64,000 bases of DNA from Bugula neritina. Taxonomy: Eukaryota; Animalia; Bryozoa. Shown in pieces: positions 12,201 through 24,200 of the stretch. The stretch spans positions 6,588,707 to 6,652,706 of the forward strand of contig OZ037767.1 in assembly GCA_964035545.1 (NCBI GenBank), written 5' to 3'. Made by a program: the position numbers and the translations under genes. The notes under the pieces were generated by a model. That model did not search any database and had not been told where the DNA came from. It saw only the letters and a list, made by a program, of their open reading frames with translations. The first letter of the stretch is position 1, and each line of letters begins with the position of its first letter.

Positions 12201-15200
12201 ACTTAGTCCAGCAACTAAGGGTTGCATGTTCTGATACGAAACTAGATATTAACAGAATTGTTCAAGGCAAACAGTATTCACTGTGTACTCACAAGTGTTT
12301 CACTGATGGTTGTAAAATACAACTATACCGGTATGAGTACAGACTCTTAGCACTGGCGCATCCTGTTTAAATTTGCATGTGCAATCATGAATATATACTT
12401 TGTATGTATATATGTATAATTTTTTATGCACAAACATAAATGCATATATAATTATTGATTATTAAAGTAATAAAAATGAAATGTTTCTTGTTTACCTATT
12501 TTAATTAAATGCATATATACGCACATACACACACATAAATAATATATATTTATTTAAATATGTTATGATTTTAATAAACATGCAAAGCCTAGCCATCGCT
12601 TATAATTATAATACATATAGCCTGCAGATGTTTAATGAATCTTGAAAATTGATTTTAAAAACAGAAAAAAATTTGTGGCCCTCGGCCCAAGCTGAAACTT
12701 GCAGACTGGCCCTCGGCCTGAAAAGGTTGGACACCCCTGGTCTATATACTAGATGTTACTGTTTATATATTAGATGTTACTGTCTATATACTAGATTTTA
12801 CCGTCTATATATTTGATGTGACTGTCTATATATTAGATGTTACTGTCTATATATTAGATGTTACTGTCTATATATTAGATGTTACTGTCTATATATTAGA
12901 TGTTACTGTCTATATATTAGATGTTACTGTCTATATATTAGATGTTACTGTCTATATATTAGATGTTACTGTCTATATATTAGATGTTACTGTCTATATA
13001 TTAGATGTTACTGTCTATATATTAGATGTTACTGTCTATATTAGATATTGGTCACCTTTGGTCACCTTTCACCGCCGTGGTCCTGCGCGGGTGGCGGGTA
13101 TATATTAGATGCTGCTGTCTATATATTAGATGCTGCTGTCTATATATTAGATGTTGTTGTCTATATATTAGATTTTACTGTCTATTAGATGCTGCTATCT
13201 ATGAATTTCTCTTCTCGCACCACATCCCTCGATGTTCAGAGAAATCTTGAGGCGAATGTAGAGAAGAGAACTAAAGACAACTTTGGGCCTCCCCTGGGCA
13301 AGAAACTGTTGGTATTTATTGATGACATGAACATGCCACAGGTGGGTGTCACAACTCCTCGGGGTAACTTTTTCTCAATCTCGGCCTCTATGTGGGTATG
13401 TATTTGTCATAAAGATATGTTTTTTTCTTGTTCATCAAATTTATATTGCTCTACAGTCTGATGGTGATATATAATGTATATGGTAATAAATGTACAGTCT
13501 GGTATACACTTTTTCATTTTATATAGATTCTACTAATAATGCTAATACATAAATACAGTGTTGTTCTACAGTGTTGTTTCACTAAGTCTTTGCTGAAATG
13601 CTGTTGCGGTACATTGTAGATGGATATATACGGGACACAGCAGCCTATCGCACTGCTCAAACTTCTGCTGGAGAAGCGTGGTTGTTATGACAGAGGAAAG
13701 GAACTGAACTGGAAGAATATGAAGGACTTGTGTTTCATAGCTGCGATGGGATTGGCTGGTGGTGGGAGAAATGACGTTGACCCACGTTTTATCTCTCTCT
13801 TTAGTACATTCAACCTGACCTTCCCGTCCAACTCCACCCTCTACCACATCTACAGCAGCATACTCTCCGGCCACTGCGCCTCCTTCTCTGAGGAGATCAG
13901 GAATGTTGTGAGACCCGTCACCAGGATGACGATGACTTTGTACGCGTGAGTGTCTGCCTCCTCTCTGGCAGCATATCTGCCTCCTTTCTAGCAGCATGTC
14001 AGATGTCTACAGTTGTAGTTACTAGTATATTATTCTTATACGTCTTCATAGGTAGTAAGATATACAATAATACTTGTACTTATTATTGTAAAGAAAACTG
14101 CACTTTAAAGTCTATTGACTTAAAAATTTTCCCCTGAAATATCTCTCCACTCAATAAGTGTGTTTAAAGTAGGCAGTGCATGCCTTCTAATATCCATGGA
14201 GATGCTTTATTGTTTTAAATCTCAAATTTTCCACAACCTTCCAAGTATGTGGAGAAGGTGATGCTTTATGCCATTAGTAAATAAGTCAATTTTATCCTAT
14301 GAGCAATTGTTTTTTATTGTACAGAGCCATTGTGAAGGAAATGCCACCCACACCCTCCAGATTCCACTACATATTCAACCTGAGAGACCTGTCCCGGGTA
14401 TATGCGGGGCTGTGCCAGAGTACACCCGATGTCTACAAGAATGTTGGTGAATTCCTGAGGCTATGGAGAAATGAGTGTTTGAGGGTGTTTCACGACAGAC
14501 TAATCAGTGTGGGAGACCAGGAGAATGTCAAGGTTGGTATATTCTATAGTGTCTCGCACACCATGTGATGGCTTGCTGCAGATCTACAGATACTAATTGT
14601 TTTGGCTAGCTCAGACAAAATCTTATCACGTTTATAGTATTTTTTTAAATTAATTCCAGATATACAACTTGGCTCTCATGTTGCTTTATATAGTAAATAA
14701 TGTTGTTTTTTCTAGATGAATTTAAAATAATTATTGTTTTATTGTGTTGTAACTGGTAAAGGAGGCTTTAAATGTCTGAATGCCTTGACAATTACTTTTT
14801 GCTTTCTATGCATGAGATACCAACATGTTACAGTTTCACTAATAGGCTAGCTGGCTTGTAATGGTAGGATGTAGTGTGCAACAATTCTAGCATATTATCT
14901 CTCTAACAGCTGCAGTTTTTTTGTCAATGGTGAATGTATCTCTCAGCACTGATGTTTTCATGTATGTTCTTTAGATTTACATTCAGAATTTAATGGAGAC
15001 GAACTTTGCCAACTTCACTGTCGCGGTATGCAAGGACCCAATACTATTTGGAGATTACCGGACTGCTATGGATGAGTCCGAGCCCAGAGTGTATGAGGAT
15101 ATCATAGACTATGACAGTGCCAAAGCTCTGTTTATTGAGGTGAGGGTATACAGTTCCTCTTATCGCGATGTATCAGCATGCAACATTCTACTACTGATAT

Positions 15201-18200
15201 GTTTTCTTACCCTAGCAATGTCTCACAGGTACATTAGAGGCTCATGCATTTAATTTATTGCCTGATTTTATTATCCATAGACTCCTTATACTTCAGAAAA
15301 TTCCAATCTGTTTGACATACCTGTATGCTGACTAAACTTTGGAGTAATGTTCTCTTGTCCATGTCTATTTATAGATTCTGGATGAGTACACAGAACAGTA
15401 CGCTGCTACTAAACTGGTCATGTTTGAAGATGCATTGGAGCATCTAACTCGAATACACAGGATACTGCGCATGGAACAGGGGCATGCTCTGCTTGTGGGA
15501 CTAGGGGGAGGCGGCAAGCAGTCTCTTACTCAGGTATTTTGTAGACTGAGATTTCCCACCAGGAGCTATAAAGATACGGGCATATGTTGCCCTCTCTCCT
15601 AGGGTCTGTTACTTGTATCTCAGATTGGATAGCTTATGTAGATGTTTACTCACAGAGAGGTGGGGTGATTCTTTTAACACTTGTAGTATTGTTGTAGCTT
15701 GCGGCCTACACTGCAGGCTGCAGTATATTCACCATCTCCCTCTCGAGGGGATACAATGAACATAGTCTGAGAGAGGAGCTCAAAACTCTCTACAACAAAC
15801 TGGGCAATGAGAGACAGGAAATCGTCTTCTTGTTTACCGACCAGCACGTCGTGGAGGAGGGATTTCTAGAGCTTATCAACAACATGCTCACTTCTGGTAC
15901 TGTTGTGTTTCTCTCTGTAGATCTGGCGTGTTTGTAGTCTGTGTACATTTAAAATCTTAGAGGATTTTGAATTTTTTAATTTAAACAACTCAGTTGTTTG
16001 AAGCAGTAATATAGAAAGAGGCCACTATTGTCAAAAGTCTATTTTTTAATCTATTTAAAACAAATACTTTTCCAGTAATAAATATATGAAAGGCTATATT
16101 TTGTATTGTAAATAGTTTTAGGTTTTTGGTCTGCAGGCTTTCCTGATATCCAAGGAATCAAGTCTACTAATAGACATGATAGTGTATGACTTATTACCAT
16201 AAATGTGTACATACAACTAACTCTGTAAATTTCCTTGGATATGCCACCTTGACGGTGGTATGACTTCCCATCTCTAACCCACTCTAACTCAATTCTGTAA
16301 TATAATCTCCCATATCTAACCCACTCCAACCCAACTGTAGGTATGGTGCCGGCTCTATACACAGACGATGAAAAGGAGGCAATCATCTCATCTGTTAGAG
16401 ACGAGGCTTTCAATGCCGGCTGGAGTCTGGCCAAGGATGAACTCTGGCAGTACTTTGTAAGGAAATGCTCCAGTCAGCTGCATATAGTCCTGTGCATGTC
16501 ACCCGTAGGTGATACTTTAAGGAATAGATGCAGGAACTTTCCTGGACTAGTCAATAACACTAGCATAGGTACGTACTGTGCCCTACTGCTCATGGGCTTG
16601 CTGTTACCTTGCTTATTACTTGTACTTCGGTGAAGAACCTAATCGTGTGTTCATTTTTTTCTTTAAATTTTCACATTTGAACAATTTAAAGTTGGAACTG
16701 TTTTTTCAAGTTAGTGTAGTTTAACTAACAACTCACACAAGTTTATAGTCACTATTCCCGTGAGAACCCCTGTTGGAAAGGGTTAATTTTAAAATCGGGT
16801 TAAGGACTTTTTTATATGTAATACAGAAGAAATTATGACTTAATGCTCTTCCTAACATCACCAATGGCCTTTACTAGGAATTGAACCCATGACCTCAGTG
16901 TTTACTAGGCAGTGCTCTAACCACCAGACCAGGGTTACTCCGTAGTGTAGTTTGAGAAAAGCTTATAAATATATAATTGGGTTATTTTACTTAATTTAGT
17001 ACACACTGGATTTCTCCAGTTTTTAGCTATTTTTTACAATTTAGCTGCTAATGAACATTGGTTTTTGCCCAAAACTAATAAAATATCAATAAATAAACCT
17101 AAATAATCAAGGTTCTTTTTAATTTTGCTTGATTTATCATGTTTTTCCCTAATTATTCAGCTACTTTCAATTGCGGACCGTTATGGTTTTTTCGTAACGG
17201 TCCACAATCGAAAGTAGCTAAATAAATAGGAAAAAACATGGGAAATCAAGCAAAATCAAGAAGAACCTTGATTATTTAGGTGTATTTATTAATATTTCAT
17301 TAGTTTTGGGCAAAAATCAATGTTCATTAACGGCTAAATTGTAAAAGATAGCTAAAAGCTGGAGATTTCCAGTGTGTACTAAATTAGGTAAAATGACCCA
17401 ATTTACATATTTTGAACCCGGCTTCATTCTCAAATTACACAGCTTTAGGTTCAAACTTTCCGAGTCTAAAAGTTTATAAATTTCTCTTTCTTCTACAGAC
17501 TGGTTCTTCCCATGGCCACAGCAGGCTCTGGAGGCCGTAGCAGCCGTGTTCATCTCTGAAGACAATCCTCTAATTCAGGAGACTCACAGACCAGCTGTAA
17601 TCTCCCACGTGGTAGATGTACATCTCTCGGTTGGAGAATACAGTTCTCTCTTTCTCAGCAAGTGGCGTCGCATCAACTACTCAACTCCTAAGAACTTTCT
17701 AGACTTTATAAATTGCTATTTGCATCTCCTTGACACTAAAGACAAGTTTAATCAGAGTCAGGTATGTATGGAGGGTTTATTATTTATTAGTTGTGTTCTC
17801 TCTGTTCTGCCTTTATGGAATGATAACTCCAATATTGTTGTAGTGAAATCTAGAACAGATTTGTATTTAAGATTTTGCAGACAGGCTTCCTACAGTGCAC
17901 TCAGTGCAAGTTTAGAAACTCAGGCATTTGGCAATAGCTGGTGCTAGTGAACTGGTTTCGATATTGCAAATAGTATTGACGGTGTCAACCAGGTGCCATG
18001 TTAGTTTAATAACGAAGTAAAGCGAGACATCAATGAAAATCTAATAACTAACCACAGCCTAGTTGACTATAGTTGTGTTGATAGTATAATTGCATGTAAC
18101 TGGTATTTACTACATATAGCTATAGAGTATAGACAGTAGGCATGTATTCATCAAGTTGTCCCTCCTCCACTCCAGTGTGACCGTCTCAGTGGAGGAATGG

Positions 18201-21200
18201 CTAAGCTAGCCGAAGCTTCCATTCAATTGGCAGAACTTAACGAGAAGCTAGTTGTACAGAAGTCAGCAGTGGCTGAGAAGTCAGCGAGTTGTGATGCCTT
18301 GCTGCAGACAATAGCTGACGGCACCACCAAGGCCAAAGAGAAAAAGGTTTGGGCATTCGTATGCACAATCTTAGTTGAATAAATGTTGTTCTATGGGCAC
18401 CCTAACAGTAATTGAGTTCTGAATTCAATCTGACTAAGCAATCACCATTAGTTTTAAGCTAGTTCATTTTAACAAAGCAGTAGCAGTTATCTTTTAAGAT
18501 ATACTTGGTTTTAATATTTTGCTGATATTTGAATTTTTTCAACCGATTGAATGGGGGTTTGCTTGAGTTGTTAGACTGTGAGGAACCTTCAGAATAACTC
18601 CAGTGTAATAACAATTGGTTACTCATTTCAAAAATATGTAACTTGTAGCCAAATTTGTCAATCACTAGTATTATCGCTGTTACAGGACATAGCTGTACAG
18701 AAGGGTAAAGAGATTGAGGAGCAGAGCAAGGTCATTGAAGTGGAGAAAAAGGACGCTGAAGAGGCGCTGAATGAGGCCATGCCGGCTCTAGAAGCTGCCC
18801 GGTTAGCCTTAGAGGACCTGGACAAGACAGACGTCTCTGAAATCCGGTGAGCTACTGACCACAGGCTAACACATGCTGCTAGTCTTCATGTACCACAGGC
18901 TAACACATGCTGTTAGTACTATGTACCACAGGCTAACACATGCTGCTATATTATTCATGTGCAGTCACTGACATTTTTTAATTGTTAATTTTGATAAGGA
19001 AAGAAATCCCTGTACTAGCAGTTTATCATTTGCTTGTCTGGCAACTAAATGTGGTCACTTATTTCAATCTGACTACTTATGATTTTTTTCTTATAAAAGT
19101 TCATATACTGTATTTATTAGTGTTTAACATTTTTTGAAATTGGCCTTGGATTCAGTGTATTTTTAAAGTTTTCTTACAAGCATTTGCTCACTATATATTA
19201 TCAAGTTCTATATAAAGGGTTCTTTATCTTGGTCTAATTTATGAATATATTACATGTATATAGCATATATATTTAGTATTATAAATATATAGTATTGTAT
19301 CTAATATTATACGTATATAGTGTAAGTATACAGTTAATATCAAAGACCTGTTTAGCACCAGCTGTTGATACTACTAGTTATGCTGTATTTCCTTAGGTCT
19401 TTTGCTAAACCACCAAAGTCAGTGCAGATAGTCTGCGAGTGTATTGTCGTATTCAGAGGCATCAAGGAGGTCTCTTGGAAGTCAGCCAAGGGAATGATGT
19501 CTGAACCTAACTTCCTAAGATCTCTAACTACTATGGACGTTGATAACATTACTCAGAAACAGGTCAATGCAGTTCGAAGTAAGACTTTCTATATAATAAA
19601 TAGCAGGATAGATAGATAAATTGTATAGCTAAGTTGCAATGGTGAATCTGTTAGTTTTACATAAAGCATCCGGAGAGAAAGCGAGCTAATTTTATGGTAT
19701 TTAGAATTAAAACATGTCTGCTGCGAGAAAGGCGTAGGAGAAATGTTGACTACTTCAGCTCTTGGCTTAATCGTTGTAGAAAAATCAGTCAAAGTTGATT
19801 AGTTATGGCATTATCAAAACTCTTTAGAGTGTGTACATTGTACTCTAGTTGAACTCCAGGGTCCAGCATAACGGAATGCACGCCGCTAAATCTTGTTGTA
19901 GAGTCACTGTTTTGTTTGCAGCTCTGATGAACGAGGGATCTTTGAACCTGGATGAAATGAAAGCCATCAGTCGAGCTGGCTATGGTCTGCTCAAGTTTGT
20001 CGATGCTGTCATGCAGTACTGTGCAGTTGCTAAGGAGGTGAAGCCCAAACGAGAAAAGGTAAAATATGCCAGGGAGTCCTAATATATGTATATATATTTC
20101 TTGATTAAATACCGGTTTAGTTTTATAATGTTATTGTAGACTTAAACTTTGAGAAAATATTGTTATGATGTAAAACTGTGTTGTGTAGGTGGCCAGGTTA
20201 GAAAAGATGTTTGCCATGGCTAAAAGGGATTTAGAGAAGCTGAACAGGGAGGTGCAGAATCTGGAGGAGCAGCTCAAAGCCCTGGCTAAGCAGTACGAAG
20301 AGGCGATGTCGGAGAGGATGGCTCTGCAGGCGGAGGCGGAGTTGATGGAGAGGCGGGCCATCGCAGCTGACAAACTGATTGGCGGGCTGAGCTCAGAGAA
20401 CGTGCGGTGGATGAGTGAGCTGGAGGACTTGAAGAGGAAACGGGTTCAGCTGATAGGAGACTGTCTAATAGCTGCCAGCTTCCTGTGCTATATCGGAGCT
20501 TTTAGCTGGGACTTCAGGTACCGTCTCTGTGTATGTGTGGAGAACAGAGGCTAGTTCTGCTAGCAGTTCTGTTGAGTATTGTATAAAGGGATTATATATA
20601 TAATTAGTTCACCTATCTTTGAGGTATGGCATAATAGAAAATATAATACACATTAGGATTTCCTGTGTTGCAGAGATATGATGGTGTACAATGACTGGAT
20701 AGGAAATGTAACCAAGCTGAATATCCCACTCAGCAATCCATTGAAGCTTGAAGACCTGCTGACCAATGACGTGGAAGTTAGTAAATGGACGTCTGAAGGG
20801 CTGCCTCCTGACGAACTCTCTATACAGAATGGTATCCTTACGACTCAGTGCAGCAGATCTCCTCTGTGTATAGACCCACAGCAGCAAGCTCTTAACTGGA
20901 TCCGGAAGAAGGAGGAAAAGAATAATCTTAAGGTTAGTCAGTTAGTTGGTTAATTAGCTAGTTAGTTAGTTAGTTAGTTAGTTATTTAGTTAGTTAGTTA
21001 TTTAGTCAGTCAGTCAGTCAGTCAGTCAGTTAGTTAGTTAGTTTTAATGATTTCACACCTCTCCTCACTGTTTTTAAAAATTATTTATTACACCACCTTT
21101 GTGAGCTTCCTTTTATTCAAATTAAATTCTCTCTTATTATTATTCTGTGCCATTCTGTTATTTTAGATGCATTTCTCTTGTTACTCTGTCATTTCTCAAC

Positions 21201-24200
21201 CTAGTTGGGTTAATGTCTTGCTCTGTTGTTCCACAGGTGGCCACTTTTAATGATCCAGATTTCCTGAAGCAACTGGAGTTGGCTATCAAATATGGTTTCC
21301 CCTTTCTGTTTAAAGACGTAGATGAGTACTTGGATCCTGTTATTGAGAATGTTGTGGAGAAGAACATTAAAGGTAAGTTCTAGGGATTTTATACAGTAAA
21401 CTTTGTACCATGAGTTTTGGGAGTTTTCACTTCATCTTTATAAACTTTCAGAGTTAAGGAATTGCATGAATTGTTACATATCTCATCATCCGTAAAAATT
21501 TTAAACTGTTTCGTAAAACTTTCAAAACTGCTTTAAACAACTCATATTTTAAAGTGATTTTTTCTTCTCCCAGACTATATTTACACATTGTGTTCAGACA
21601 GAATAAACTAAATTACTGACTATTACGATCAGTGCTGCTGGTACATGTAATGCTGATCTGTGCGACTCTTCATCCAGGTTCTCAAGGTCGTCAGTTTGTC
21701 TTGCTCGGTGATAAGGAAGTAGACTATGATCCTAACTTCCGAATGTATCTTGTGACGAAACTATCTAATCCAAAGTTCACTCCAACTCATTTCATCAAGT
21801 CTACCATCATCAACTACACAGTCACTCTCAAGGTTTCCATCATGCTTACCTCTACACCTTGTCTTCTATCTTCAGTTTCTATAAAATATCTACTCTGACA
21901 TAACCGCTAGATGCAGCGCAAAATTCATATCACTTTCACTAGTAATGCCACTGCTACTACTATTATCATTACCACTCACTACCATCACTACTAGCGCTGT
22001 TGATCATGGTACTACTATTGCTCATGCTCCCACTTCTACCATTATTTCTACTATTTATTAAATTTTCACTACCAATGCTACTGCAAGTACAACATTCATG
22101 CCATGGTTACTTGTATTGTCTATAATAACCACCATTACCCTTTACTAATATGTAACTTACTATCACTACTGTGCTAGTTACACTTCTCGGTAACCACTGC
22201 ATGCTCACAGATCCTGTTTATATCTAAGGGACTCGAGGATCAGCTTCTGTCAGTCATAGTGGGGTTTGAAAGGAAGGACGTCGAGGAGCAGAGGGAGAAG
22301 CTGATACAGGAGACGAGCAACAACAAGAAGTTGCTGAAAGATTTGGAGGATGCTTTGCTGAGGGAGCTGGCCACGTCCACTGGCAACATGCTGGATAATG
22401 TAGACCTCATACAGACCCTGGAGGATACCAAGACTAAGGCTTCAGAGGTGTGTCAGTTGATTAGATCATCTCTAAAGTAAAAAGCTGTTATTGTTTTTTG
22501 CTGCATACTCTTATTTCAGACAGTGAAATGTAGTAAAATGCACATGTGTTTAGTTTTATAAAAGCATGACATTCGTTTCCTGCTGTTTCAGAGTTTTCAA
22601 GTTTATTAGTGAAGCAAAGAGATTCAGTGTTGCTATGTCATTCTCTTCTTAGTAAATTTGTATCTTGCTAATTTTTCTTCCCTGTGAAATATTTTTTTTA
22701 AATAAAAATAATTTTTATTATTTATTTTCTTTTTTATATTGCTTAGTATTCTATTACTTTTACCTGGTGCCTGTTAGTTATCTCTCATTTTATATCACTT
22801 AGTACTCTACTACTTTTATCTGGTGCCTGTAGGTTTCAGAGAAATTAGCCTTAGGAGCCATCACTGCCCGAGACATAGATCAGCTGCGGGACGGCTACCG
22901 TCCTGCCGCAAAGAGAGGAGCCATCTTGTTCTTTGTGCTGTCGGACTTGGCCTCCATAAACAGCATGTACCAGTACTCACTGGCCACTTACCTGGAGGTG
23001 TTTGAGCTTTCTCTACGCAGGAGCCAACCTCACTCCTACCTGCCAAAGCGTCTCGGCTTCATCAAAGACACACTCACCTTCAATGTGTATAACTACGGGT
23101 GTACAGGTAATGCTGTCTCTACTCTCAGAACTTATTGTTTTTGCTAATGTTTGATGGTTTTTGTGAATGTATATATGCGTTTGGTGTGTTATCAGTATTG
23201 TGAACTAAAAATATAATGATTAGCTAATCGGCATTTGTTTGAATCAATATGAATGCAATCTCTTTCTTTTTTATATATATACCAATTATTGAGAAATCCT
23301 ACGATAGGTTGTATTGCTTGAATTTTATAGGCATATTTGAAAAGCATAAGCTCCTTTTTTCTCTACAAATTGCTGTAAAAGTTCAACAGAATGCTGGAGA
23401 GATCAAGCAGGCTGACATTGATTTCTTTATCAAGGTATAATATAGACATGGATTGTATTGTAATATAATATGTAATAATGTAGTGTAATGATTCAACGCT
23501 GCCAATAATCTTTAATGGATATATGTATGTTTGTATAGCAACCGCCAGTTTCTATGCATCACTTTAGGGAGACTTAGCATTGGCCACGCCTCTTGGGAAG
23601 CCATATGATTGGCTGAGTGATAAATCCTGGTTAGACTGTGTGAAGCTGTCCTCTATAGAGGGGTTTGAGAAGCTCCTGGACTCTATTGCTGAACACACCC
23701 TGTTGTGGAAGGCTTGGATATTGCATGATAGACCAGAAGAACTCGAGTATCCCCCACCATATGGCAGTGCGGGCTCTCCCCTTACCCCCTTTCAGAAACT
23801 GATGCTTCTGAGGTTGGTTATATTTAATAAACTGACTGCAAATTTATTTAGCACAGCAACGTCATGCAATATTTTATTATTTTCAGTTCACTGCTTGTCT
23901 CTCGTTCAACACTTCATATTCTCACTCTACTACATGCTAATGTAAACACTTCTTTATATTCAATAAGAGAGGACAACTCTAGTATAACACTGCAGCTCAG
24001 TTGTTCAGCTATACACAACTTTTATATCCACAGTCCTTCCAGCTTCTCATATCTACATATCTTAGCTTTCATCAATTATTGAAATTTTCTTCCATGGCTT
24101 TTGCTATCAGACAAAACTAAATTTACAAGAGACTTCATTTGGCATGTTGAAAACTTTTATGTTAAAATATATTCAATCATTAAAACTTAGGCTACAGTAT

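Noticed and set aside
12818-13250. Repetitive ORFs (VTVYILD)n / CRISPR-like periodicity
   Set aside because: Head-to-tail 21-bp units with no spacers, in a eukaryotic intron.
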